Of a stretch of DNA of 64,000 bases, positions 1 to 12,033 are shown in pieces. How positions within the stretch are numbered: position 1 is the stretch's first letter; every line of letters begins with the position of its first letter. Source of the DNA: the human T2T-CHM13v2.0 reference genome, Homo sapiens; NCBI RefSeq assembly GCF_009914755.1, contig NC_060947.1; one strand, written 5' to 3'. Made by a program: the position numbers and the translations under genes. The notes under the pieces were generated by a model. That model made no database searches and was not told where the DNA came from. It worked only from the letters and a program-made list of their open reading frames with translations.

Positions 1-911
1 CGTAAGCCCTCCAGCATGCACACCTGAAAGTGTTTTCTCTTCTATTCTCCCAGTTCATCACTGGGATCCCATTTAGGGTCATCCAATGGTACTGCTTCTC
101 TTCCAATTGAATAAGGCTCATCCTCTTCCCTGATACTATATGAAATACAAAGCTTATCCCCAAATCTCTCTGCCACATGCAGAGCAGCCTGCTTCTCAAT
201 GTTAGTCAGGGTTTGATTCAAAAGTAACATAACATCTTTCCAAGAGAGTTCAAATACTTGGGATAAGTTCTGGAAAGCCTCTATATACCTGTCAGGGTCA
301 TCTGAAAACTTGCTAAGCTCCCCCTTAATTTGCCTTAAGTCCTGTAGAGAGAAGGGGGACCTGGACCTTACTGGGGCCATATTCACTAGGCATCTGCTAC
401 AGGGGCAGTAGTGGGACTGGGGTCTGTTTGGAGTGAGGATTTCTAGGAGGGGGCAAGTGAGAGAGATAAATTGGATGGGGAGGAGGGGGTGGACCTGGAG
501 AAACAGGGCCAGAGGGAGCTGGCTCCCCTGCAGGAGGTGCCTCTTGGGTTTGTTTCTCTAGTTGCCTGAGATTTCCCCCTTGCAGCATCTCCTGAGATGG
601 CAAAGAGGGCTGGATCAATCTTACACTGTCAGCAAAGGTCTGGATTACCTGCAAGGTAAAGAAATCCTGCACATATGGGGTCTCAGACCATCTGCCCTCA
701 TGTTTACAGAAAAGATCCAGCTGCAGGATGGTATAGAAATGAATGGTTCCTTCTTGAGGCCATCCAGTCCTTCCTGCAAATCATAATTTGGCCAAACCTT
801 TGTGCAAAAGACTATGAGGCATTTTTTCTCCAGAGTCTGAGGGTCAAAGCAGTCCTAGTAGTTCAGGATACACTCCAGAGGAGTGTAGACTGAAGATGAT
901 TGGTTAGCCAT
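1..911 (-). pseudogene. gag: Decayed class I (gammaretrovirus-like) ERV gag, running off the window start
   Basis: Minus-strand ATG at 911 reads MANQSSSVYTPLECILNY*DCFDPQTL (matrix start with an in-frame stop). ORF 397-672 is Pro-rich. ORF 42-386 has the capsid-like PFSLQDLRQIKGELSKFSDDPDRYIEAFQNL...LSWKDVMLLLNQTL. Stops and frameshifts throughout. Confidence 0.9.
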
Positions 912-2343
912 TTGAAAAAGAGAGAGAAATGGTGTCCCTTAATTCTTTTCTCTCTTTCAGTGGAAACTCGGTGTGTGAGGGAGAAAAGGGTGACTACTTT
1001 TTTCTTCCATCTTTTCATCCCTGAGTCCCAGTGGCCTAGGTCGGACACCATCCATGTGTGCCAGTGCAACCTACACCCATGAAGCAGTGGGGCCTAAAAG
1101 GCAAGAGTTATTCACATTTACCTACACAGTCTATCACCCCCACTGTCGGTAATCTTTGAGTTCCCTGGGCTTAATTTATGCCATGGATACTAGCATGACC
1201 TCTATCCATGAAATAGGGGCTTAATTGGCCCACCTACACTGTGCCCCTACTTTCCATTTTTGCATGCTTTTGGATCCCTCAGATCTAGTTTTTATTTCTA
1301 GGGCTTCAACCCAAAGCTTGGAATTGAGTTTGGGACAAAAGTTGTCTCAGAGGGATGCATGGATTCATTGAGATTAAGTCCCAGATGGCCTTCATCAAAT
1401 TTGCAGCCAGCCACCAGTGAGGCCACTCATTGCTTCCCTATCATAAGCAGAGTGTTAAGGTAGGAAGAAAGAAACCCAGTCATATAGAAAAGGTCACTGT
1501 ATTTGCAGGGCTATGACCTCCTGACACGGTGGAGAAAAGGAAAAAAGCAGCTTAAGTGCAGGAGAGAAAGAGGTGCCTGGAGAGAAAACTCTTGTTCTAT
1601 GCAAATGGGTTCCTTTAACAGGGGAAAGACCTGTCCCCCAAGACCATCCTGCGACCTGGGTGGCAGCCACAGCTCATCCGTGCCCTGCGTGATTGCTGGG
1701 TGCAGCTTGCACATGCAGTGGACATGGCCATGTGCCCCAGCCGGGGGTAGGGGGAGCCGTCGTATGCGTGTCCATCCCTTGCACACACCTGGAGCTGTTG
1801 GGGTGGGGGTGGGACCACTAAGAATAGACAGAAATTGCATTGTTCTGAATTGCATATCTGATGGCTGGGCCAAATGCTTATTTTACCTAGTAACATTTCT
1901 GCAGTTTGCAGCAACACCCTTAACATGATAAAATTAGAGATAAGAGCCATTTCAAACCATGAAAGAAGGAAGAAAAGACACCATAGAAAAGTCTGGGGGT
2001 CTTGGCCAACACAATTACAGGCAGTCATGGATGGAACCAGTTTAGGGGCCTTCCAGAAACACTGAGGAGTGGTCTCAGTGAGATACCTTCAGTTGCCCCA
2101 GGACATTATCCCAGTCCCACCCAATGGCTAGACCTCCGTGAAGGGAAACAAAGCTAACATTCCTTTCACTCAAAAGAAAGAGAAGTGGCAGAGTCACATT
2201 CTGTCCTCTGTAGCACTGCTATTTGCCTTTAACTGGACACTCAGGTTTGGTGCATCATCTGCCTTCGGAGGAAAGTCTGAGGACAAGAAGTCTTGGGAAA
2301 AAAAGTGAAGAGACAGATCCACATTTACTGACCCTTCTGACGA

Positions 2344-2361
2344 ATCCCAGATGAGTCCCCA
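2344..2361 (-). promoter_or_regulatory. Primer binding site for tRNA-Pro (degenerate)
   Basis: Minus strand TGGGGACTCATCTGGGAT vs canonical TGGGGGCTCGTCCGGGAT (15/18; two changes are at CpG), 2 nt after the LTR end. Confidence 0.85.
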
Positions 2362-2363
2362 GA

Positions 2364-3338
2364 TAATGCAGGAGTTTTCTTGACTCGTTCATCGGACTTG
2401 CAATGGGGGTTCCCTGTTTACTCAGCCTGCCATCCTCAACCTCTTGTGGGAGAGAGCACTTGAATAAGTGTGTGTAGGATCAAGCCAACTGGCCGCTTTT
2501 AGCACCTGCAGGAGTAGGCTCCATGCAGGCCCTGTGGCCAGACTAGGCATATTCAAATGAGTGAGGGATATGGCTGGCTGCTTCGGGTGCCAGCAGAAGC
2601 TGGCTCCTTGTGGGCCGCATGGCAGTGCCCAGGCAGAGGTGCCAGTGATCCCTGAAGCCTCAGATGATGTGTTACAATGTTCTCTTAGCTCTGACATTCA
2701 TGAAGAGTGGTGTGTTATCAGCTCAATGAGCCCCTTACCTGGTCACATGGGATGGCTGCCCTCCACCAGTGAGGGCAAAGGGCCAATGTGACAGACTTTT
2801 TAGGGTACCCACCCTTGGTGGGTCCCAAGCTCTTGTCTGGTGTCCAAGAAGAATGAGGTCACACAGACATTTGATGGATGGTGGAGGTGGAGAATTTTAT
2901 TTAGCAATTGAAATGGCTCTCAGTGGAGAGGGGAGCCAGAGAAGTGTTGGGACAGGCAGATAATCTTCCCTGAAGTTCAGCCATCTCCGGGCATCTCTTC
3001 TTCGAAGTTAAGACATCTCTCTTCCAAAGTCCAGCCATCCCTCTGAAGTCAAGTTACCTCTCTCCAGTCAAGCTTTTTCTCACCCTCTTTTGACTGAGTC
3101 TGTGGTCTTTATAGGAACAGGATGGGGGATGGGGTAGTCCATAGGTAGTTTTGGAAAAGGCAATATTCAATTGGTAAAAAGACTTTATTCAGAAAGAACC
3201 AATCGGGAGATATCAGGCAAACAGGGATAGATGTTCTCACTTTCGGCTGTGGGTTTCAGGTTTTTAGGCTCAAAGGTGAAGTTTTGCCGGGGACCCACCC
3301 CTGTCTGCCTAGAATTTTCCTGCCTTCTGCCTCTATCA
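2364..3338 (-). mobile_element. 5' LTR of the ERV1 provirus (MER52/LTR27/LTR28-like group)
   Basis: Minus strand begins TGATAGAGGCAGAAGGCAGGAAAATTCTAGGCAGACAGGGG and ends ...CCTGCATTA, immediately before the PBS; ~975 bp. Confidence 0.8.
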
Positions 3339-5010
3339 ATACTAAGCATATATTTAAATAATTATAAAGCAGGATGGGAGAATAGTGATAGAGAGTGTGA
3401 CTTTCTACAGAGAGAGTTAAGGATAGCCTCTCTAAAGAGGTGGCATCTAAACTGAGACCTTAGTGGAGTGAGGGAGAGGGCCAGGTAGATATCAGGAGGG
3501 AGAGTATAAACTCATTATCCTGGTCAATCTTGCCTTTCATGGGCATCAGCGCACCTTTGTAACATCCTACTCTCAAATTATACCCATTGCCATGAAAGAT
3601 GAAAAATTTCATTCTGCTCCTTTAGTCTAGTGCACCTGCTTCTGAGCTAAACAATTTTTCATCACTTCTTTGAGCATACAGCTTATAGTTGCCTGCAAGC
3701 ACACTAGTAATTTTGATGGGAGTTGGGTGATCATTTTTAACTAGTGGTGACTGCAGAACAATGCTAGAAGATGTAAAATGGCTTAGTTTTGACTCAGACA
3801 GGTTCATAACCTCTAGACTATTTCTGCCAATCAGTAAAAAATCAGAGCAAAAGCTATTTAGACACTATTATTAATCCAACCATATTATTAGTCTGACAAT
3901 TTCTTTTATGAAAACAATTGGAAAATTTTTTCTAAACTTAAAAAAGCCTTCTAACTTCTATTTCGATCATCATAGTTTATTTTTAAGAGCATATTATATC
4001 TACTTTGTTCTTTAAGTCTTATGAAGGCCTCAGATGAAAAGCAATAAAATTTTGAACTGACCAAAATGCCTTTGCTTTCACCTATCCAACTCCTTTTTAT
4101 GCCAAATCCTCACAATTCTATGAAATCTGCTAAACCAGCCTCATATAAGCTCTGCCTCTTCAATAGACTATTAGCTGTTTCAGGATGGAAACTATGTCTT
4201 ATGCAGTGTTTGTACCTCTCTATTGTACCTAGCATACTGCTTTGTCCCTAGGTACTCTATAAATATTTGCATGTTGTTTAACTAAATTTAGGCACTCTAA
4301 TATAGCTAAGCCTGCACAGAAGACACGATGCTGCAGAAACTGTTTCCAAGTCCTTTGTTGACTAATTCAGTTAGGGATGTGCTCTCTGATAGCTGGAATC
4401 CTAGGAATAAGGGGGATGACTGACCCTATCAACAAGGGTGGCTTCCTGGTCAGACACTGAATCACCATGTCGTAATCTCTCTGCCTCGATCTGCACCACA
4501 GGAAACCAAGTGATCTGTTACATGCATGGATCACTTCAGAGACAGTTGACTTTCTCTTTTTCTGGGGAAAGTAGAGCCACATGTCTGTGAGAAAAATAAA
4601 ATGAGCATTCCAACATCTTATTTTTAAAACAGAATGCAGTGTATGCCTGCCCATTCAGGGAAGAATGTCTGAGATTACTTGGGAATCTCAAATAGAACTA
4701 TTAATTATGAATAATGTAAAACTTGTGCTTAGACAAAGCTGATAGAAGAGGCTATGGAGTTGAAGGGACAGATGCAAAAGATGCTTTGAAAGAACAGATT
4801 AGGTAACTGATAGGCTGTGGGTGTAAGGCAGTTGTTAACGTTTCTAATATTGGGCCTGGCAAAATAATTTTTCCTTTACTTTAAGGACTGCCACCTTTGT
4901 CAGACCTAAAGCAAAAAGGCCAGTAGAGCATGCATATCTTTTCAAGTTACTACCACCTTCTCCAGTGTTAGCCTCTGATAGAGGTGCATTTAATGACTTC
5001 CCTACCATCC

Positions 5011-5362
5011 TTTATTTGTTTTTTTTTCTTTTTTTTATTATACTTTAAGTTTTAGGGTACATGTGCACAACGTGCAGGTTAGTTACATATGTATACATGT
5101 GCCATGTTGGTGTGCTGCACCCACTAACTCGTCATTTAACATTAGGTATATCTCCTAATGCTATCCCTCCCCTCTACCCCCACCCCACAACAGGCCCCGG
5201 TGTGTGATGTTCCCCTTCCTGTGTCCATGTGTTATTGTTCAGTTCCCACCTATGAGTGAGAACATGCGGTGTTTGGTTTTTTGTCCTTGTGATAGTTTGC
5301 TGAGAATGATGGTTTCCAGCTTCATGATGAGTTCATGTCCTTTGTAGGGACATGGATGAAGC
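5011..5362 (-). mobile_element. Short 3' L1PA (L1PA4-like) insertion with a 37-bp 5' inversion
   Basis: Poly-T then ttattatactttaagttttagggtacatgtgcacaac (L1PA 3' UTR, antisense) to 5325. Bases 5326-5362 are the next L1 segment in sense orientation. Confidence 0.9.
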
Positions 5363-5706
5363 AGAAATTTATTTCTCACAGTTCTGGAGGCTCTGAAGCC
5401 CAAGATCAAGGTGCCAGCAGGTTTGGGGTCTGGTGAGGGCCACTCTCTGCTTTCAAGAGGGCACCTTATTGCTGCATCTTCTGGAGGGTTTGAATGCTCT
5501 GTCCTCACATGGCAGAAAAAGTGGAAGGGGTAAATTTGCCACTTCAAGTTCTTTTATAAGATGTTAATCCATTTATAAGGGCAGAGACCTCATGGACTAA
5601 TCACCTCCTGAAGTCTCCACCTCTTAATGCTCCACCTTTATTGAATTGGGAATTAATTAAGTTTCAACATAAATTTTGAAGGGGACACAAACATTCAAAC
5701 CACAGA
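5363..5706 (-). mobile_element. MaLR LTR (MST/MLT1A-like), 3' tip missing
   Basis: agaaatttatttctcacagttctggagg...ggggacacaaacattcaaaccac matches the MaLR LTR antisense pattern. Confidence 0.8.
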
Positions 5707-5914
5707 AAAAGGTCAATCTTCTTGTTGTTTCTGGGCCTTCAACTGACTGGATGAGGACTATCACATTAGGGAGAGCAATCCACTTTACTCAGCCTACCAA
5801 TTCAAAGGTTAATCTCATCCAAAACACCCTTATGGATAAACCCAGAATAATGTTTGACCAAATATCTGGGCATCTAGTGGCCATTCAAGTTGACACAGAA
5901 AATTAACTATCACA
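5707..5914 (-). mobile_element. MLT2 (ERVL) LTR fragment
   Basis: ccttcaactgactggatgagg...cccagaataatgtttgaccaaatatctggg...aattaactatcaca, typical MLT2 5' end in antisense. Confidence 0.75.
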
Positions 5915-6355
5915 ATATGTAAGGTATGATTTTATTTTTATAGACCAAGAGGCAAATACATACATAGACAGAAGGAAATATTAATAGTAGTCACCTCTGG
6001 GAGAGAGGGCCTGAGATTTGGAGTATGGATTGGGAAGTTCTTTGACCTTTTATTCTTTTTACGGTCTCATTTTTAGTTGATTTTTAAAATCATAACTTGT
6101 ATTTTATTGCTTTTTTAATTTTAAAATCTAGTTAATAATAAAATAGAAGGTAATGTAGAAGTCCCTCTAATTCAGGCCCACTGGAATGGTTGTAAGGGAA
6201 AGGAATGTAGGAGAAAAATCCATCCAAAACTACTAGCTATGGACAGGTTATAAGGATAGCACACTTTCCCCTTTAGCTTTTCTTATCTCCTATTTCTAAT
6301 CTCTTCTTTCTGTTGAGTACCCATTGCCCCTCATGTCTTATGATTCAGCACTTCT

Positions 6356-9300
6356 TTTTTTAAATGTTTATTTTATTATAGTTTAAGTTCTGGGATACAT
6401 GTACAGAATGTGCAGGTTTGTTACATAGGTATACACATGCCAATGGTTGGTTGCTGCACCCATCAATTCGTCATTTACATTAGGTATTTCTCCTAATGCT
6501 ATCCCTCCCCTAGCCCCACATCCCCTGACAGGCCCGGGTGTGTGATGTTGACCTCGCTGTGTCCATGTATTCTCATTGTTCAACTCTCATTTATGAGTGA
6601 GAACATGCGATGTTTGGTTTTCTGTTCTTGTGTTGGTTTTCTGAGAATGATGGTTTCCAGCTTCATCCATGTCCCTGCAAAGGACAAGAACTCATCCTTT
6701 TTAATGCCTGCATAGTATTCCATGGTGTATATGTGCCACACTTTCTTTATCCAGCCTATTATTGATGGGCATTTGGGTTGGTTCCAAGTCTTTGCTATTG
6801 TGAACAGTGCTGCAATAAACATACATGTGCATGTGTCTTTATAGTAGAATGATTTATAATCCTTTGGGTATATTACCCAATAATGGGATTGCTGGGTCAA
6901 ATGGTGTTTCTGATTCTAGATCCTTGAGGAATCACCACACTGTCTTCCACAATGGTTGAACTAATTTACACTCCCACCAGCAGCGTAAAAGCATTCCTAT
7001 TTCTCCACTTCCTCTCCAGCATCTGTTGTTTCCTGAATTTTAATGATTGCCATTCTAACTGGCGTGAGATGGTATCTCATTGTGGTTGGATTTGTATTTC
7101 TCTAATGACTGGTGATGATGAGTTTTTTTTCATATGTTTGTTGGCCGCATAAATGTCTTGTTTTGAGAAGTGTCTGTTCATATCCTTCACCCACTTTTTG
7201 ATGGGGTTGTTTGTTTTTTTCTTGTAAATTTGTTGAAGTTCTTTGTAGACCCTCCATATTAGCCATTTGCCAGAAGGATAGATTGCAAAAATTTTTTCCC
7301 ATTCTGTAGGTTGCCTGTTCACTCTAATGACAGTTTCTTTCACTGTGCAGAAGCTCTTTAGTTTAAAGAGATCCCATTTGTCAATTTTGGCTTTTGTTGC
7401 CATTACTTTTGATGTTTCAGTCATGAAGTCTTTGCCAAAGCCTATGTACTGAATGATATTGCCTAAGTTTTCTTCTAGACTTTGTATAGTTTTAGGCCTT
7501 ACATTTAAGTCTTTAATCCATCTTCAGTTAATTTTTGTATAAGGTGTAAGGAACAGATTCAGTTTCAGTTTTCTGCATATGGCTAGCCATTTTTCCCAAC
7601 ACTATTTTTTAAATAGGGAATCCTTTCCCCCATTGCTTGTTTTTGTCAGGTTTGTCAAAGACCAGATGGTTGTAGATGTGTGGGGTTATTTCTGAGGCCT
7701 CTGTTCTGTTCCATTGATCTATATATCTGTTTTGGTACCATTACTATGCTGTTTTGGTTACTGTAGCCTTGTAGTATAGTTTGAAGTCAGGTAGCATGAT
7801 GCCTCCAGCTTTGTTCTTTTTGCTTAGGATTGTCTTGGCAATGTGGGCTCTTTTTTGGTTCCGTATGAAATTTAAAGTTGTTTTTTCCAATTCTGTGAAG
7901 AAAGTTAATGGTCGCTTGATGGGGATAGCATTGAGTCTATAAATTACCTTGGGCAGTATGGCTTTTTTCACGATATTAATTCTTCCTATCCATGAGCATG
8001 GAATGTTCTTCCATTTGTTTGTGTCCTCTTTTATTTTATTGAGCAGTGGTTTGTAATTCTCCTTGAAGAGTTCCTTCACATCCCTTGTAACTTGTATTCC
8101 TAGGTATTTTATTCTGTTTGTAGTAATTGTGAATGGGAGTTCACTCATTATTTGGCTCTCTGTTTGTCTATTATTGCTGTATAGGAATGCTTGTGATCTT
8201 TGCACATTCATTTTGTATCCTGAGACTTTGCTGAAGTTGCTTATCAGCTTAAGGAGATTTGTGGCTGAGATGATGGAGCTTTCTAAAGATACAATCATGT
8301 CAACTGCAAACAGAGACAATTTGACTTCCTCTCTTCCTATTTGAATATGATTTACTTCTTTCTCTTGCCTGATTGCCCTGGCCAGAACTTCCAATACCAT
8401 GTTGAATAGGAGTAGTGAGAGAGGGCATCCTTGTCTTGTGCTGGTTTTCAAAGGAAATGCTTCCAGCTTTTGCCCATTCAGTATGATATTGGCTGTGGGT
8501 TTGTAATAAATAATTCTTATTATTTTGAGATACATTCCATCAATACCTAGTTTATTGAGTACTTTTAGCATGAAGGGGTGTTGAATTTTGTCAAAGGCCA
8601 TTTCTGCATCTATTGAGATAATCATGTGGTTTTTGTCATTGGTTCTGTTTATGTGATGGATTACATTTATTGATTTGCATATGTTGAACCAGCTTTGCAT
8701 CCCAGGGATGAACCCAACTTGATGGTGGTGGATAAACTTTTTGATGTACTGCTGGATTTGGTTTTCCAGTATTTTATTGAGGATTTTTGAGTATCTTATT
8801 GAGGATTTTTGCATCGATGCTCATCAGGGATATTGGCCTGAAATTTTCTTTTTTTGTTGTTGTTGTGTCTCTGCCAGGTTTTGATATCAAGATGATGCTG
8901 GTCTCATAAAATAAGTTAGGGAGGATTCCCTCTTTTTCTATTGTTTGGAATAGTTTCAGAAGGAATGGTACCAGCTCCTCTTTGTACCTCTGATAGAATT
9001 TGGCTGTGAATCCGTCTGGTCCTGGACTTTTTTTTGTTCATAGGCTATTAATTACTGCCTCAATTCCAGAACTTGTTACTGGTCTATTCAGGGAATCGAC
9101 TTCTTTCTGGTTTAGAATTGGAAGGGTGTATGTGTCTAGGAATGTGTTTATTTCTTCTAGATTTTCTAGTTTATTTGCATAGAGGTGTTTATAGTATTCT
9201 CTGATGGTAGTTTGTATTTCTGTGGGATCAGTGGTGATATCTTCTTTATCATTTTTTATTGCATCTATTTGATTCTTCTCTATTTTCTTCTCTATTAGTC

Positions 9301-11231
9301 TGGCTAGTAATCTATCTATTTTGTTGATATTTTTGAAAAATAAGCTCCTGGATTCATTGGTTTTTTTTTTTTTTAAGGGATTTTCATGTCTCTATCTCCT
9401 TCAGTTCTGCTCTGATCTTAGTTATTTCTTGTCTTCTCCTAGCTTCTCTAGTTCTTTTAATTGTGATATTAGGGTGTCGATTTTAGATCTTTCCTGCTTT
9501 CTCTTGTGGGCATTTAGTGCTATAAATTTCCCCCTAAACACTACTTTAGCTGTGTCCCAGAGATTCTGGTATGTTGTGTCTGTTCTCACAGATTTCAAAG
9601 AACTTATTTATTTCTGCCTTAATTTCGTTATTTACCCAGTCATCATTCGGGAGCAGGTTGTTCAGTTTCCAAGTAGTTGTGCAGTTTTGAGTGAGTTTCT
9701 TAATCCTAAGTTCTAATTTGATTACAGTATGGTCTGAGAGACTGTTTCTTATGATTTTGTTCTTTTGCATTTGCTGAGGAGTGTTTCACTTCCAATTATA
9801 TGGTCAATTTTAGAATAAGTGCGATGTGGTGCTGAGAAAAATGTATATTCTGTTGATTTGTGGTAGAGAGTTCTGTAGGTGTCTATTAGGTCTGCTTGGT
9901 CCAGAGCTGAGATCAAGTCCTGAATATCCTTGTTAATTTTCTGTCTCATTGATCTGTCTAATATTTACAGTGGGGTGTTAAAGTCTCCCACTATTATTGT
10001 ATGGGAGTCTAAGTCTCTTTTGTAGGTCTCTAAGAACTTGCTTAATGAATCTGGGTGCTCCTTTATTAGGTGCATATATATATTTAGGATAGTTAGTTCT
10101 TCTTGTTGCATTGATCCCTTTACCAATATGTAATGCACTTCTTTGTCTCATTTGATCTTTGTTGGTTTAAAGTCTGTTTTATCAGAGACTAGGCTTGCAA
10201 CCCCTGCTTTTTTGTTTGTTTGTTTGTTTGTTTTGTTTTTGCTTTCCATTTGCTTGGTAAATATTCCTCCATCCCTTTACTTTGAGCCTATGTGTGTCTG
10301 TGCATGTGAGGTGGCTTTCCTGAATACAGCATACTGATGGGTCTTGACTCTTTATCCAATTTGCCAGTCTGTGTCTTTTAATTGGTTCATGTAGCCCGTT
10401 TACATTTAAGGTTAATATTGTTATGTGTGAATTTTATCCTGTCATTATGATGCTAGCTGGTTAATTTGCCCATTAGTTGATTCAGTTTCTTCATAGTTTT
10501 GATGGTCTTTACAATTTGGTATGTTTTTACAGTGGCTGGTACCATTTGTTTCTTTCCATGTTTCATGCTTCCTTCAGGAGCTCTTGTAAGGCAGGCCTAG
10601 TGGTGACAAAATCTCTCAGCATTTGCTTGTCTGTGAAGGATTTTATTTCTCCTTCACTTGTGAAGCTCACTTTGGCTGGATATGAAATTCTGAGTTGAAA
10701 ATTCTTTTCTTTAAGAATGTTGAATATCCGCCCTCACTCTCTTCTGGCTTGTAGGGTTTCTGCCAAGAGATCTGCTGTTAGTCTGATGGGTTTCCCTTTG
10801 TGGGTAACCCGACCTTTCTCTCTTGCTGCCCATAACATTTTTTCCTTCATTTCAACCCTAGTGAATCTGACGATTATGTGTCTTGGGGTTGGTCTTCTTG
10901 AGGATTATCTTTGTGGTGTTCTCTGTATTTCCTGAATTTGAATGTTGGCCTGTCTTGCTAGGTGGGGAAGTTCTCCTGGATAATATCCTGAAGAGTGTTT
11001 TCCAACTTGTTTCCATTCTCCCTGTCACTTTCAGGTACACCAATCAAGTGTACGTTTGGTCTATTCACATAGTTCCATATTTCTTGGAGTCTTCATTCAT
11101 TCCTTTTCATTCTTTTTTCTCTAATCTTGTCTTCATGCTTTATTTCATTAAGTTGATCTTCAATATGTGATATCCTTTCTTCCACTTGATCAATTCAGCT
11201 ATTGATACTTGTGTATGCTTCACAAAGTTCT
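6356..11231 (-). mobile_element. 5'-truncated L1PA (L1PA7/8-like): 3' UTR, disrupted ORF2, partial ORF1
   Basis: ORF2 fragments, including the RT domain in 7744-8814 (FADD motif reads FAVD). 15-bp TSD tgattcagcacttct (6341-6355) / tgattcggcacttct (11232-11246). Confidence 0.95.
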
Positions 11232-11419
11232 TGATTCGGCACTTCTAAATGCACTCCCACTTATGGCTCTTTTCTTGTGAAAACTTTTAGTTTCAACTGT
11301 TTACTTTCTCTCTTTCTCTTAATGCAGTGATTCCAAATGAGGGCAGAGTCCAGCTAATTCTCACTTTGGAATCAGCTTATACGTGAATTAATTAGTAGAT
11401 GCTACTAACTGGCAATTAC

Positions 11420-11625
11420 TTTATTTACATATTGAACAAACATGTAACATCTACAGAGTGTCTACTATGTGTGCATCATTGTGCTAGATGATAAGTAGTT
11501 CTGCCCAGGGGAAGTAGAGGTTTGATCTCAGGGAAAACTAAGTAAAAGTTGTGTGAAACATGGGACACAATATTCTAGGCAGAGGGAACAATGTCTTTCA
11601 AGGTTTGGAGATATGAAATTCCATG
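11420..11625 (-). mobile_element. L2 3' fragment
   Basis: gagtgtctactatgtgtgcatcattgtgctag and ttctaggcagagggaaca are L2-like antisense motifs. Confidence 0.55.
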
Positions 11626-11644
11626 ACCTTTAAGAAAAATTGTG

Positions 11645-11921
<277 letters not shown>

Positions 11922-12033
11922 CTAAAACCAAAATCAGTAGAAAAAAAGAAATTATAAAGACCAGAGTAAAAATAAATGAAATTGAAATGAAGAAAACAAT
12001 ACAAAGGATCTGTAAAACAAGAAATTGGGTTTT
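11922..12033 (+). mobile_element. Sense L1 ORF2 fragment (L1MA-like)
   Basis: aaaccaaaatcagtagaaaaaaagaaattataaagaccagagtaaaaataaatgaaattgaa corresponds to the ORF2 linker (PKxSRRKEIIKIRAEINEIE). Confidence 0.75.

Larger units (their letters stand above)
1..2363 (-). mobile_element. ERV1 internal region (leader + gag), HUERS-P/MER52-int-like
   Basis: Lies directly downstream of the LTR and PBS on the minus strand and contains the gag relic. Confidence 0.85.

Noticed and set aside
1503-2065. Overlapping 120-141 aa ORFs
   Set aside because: They lie in the GC-rich ERV leader and show no retroviral protein motif.
7744-8814. 356-aa reverse transcriptase ORF as an active or domesticated RT
   Set aside because: It is an L1 ORF2 fragment with the catalytic motif mutated (FAVD) inside a decayed element.
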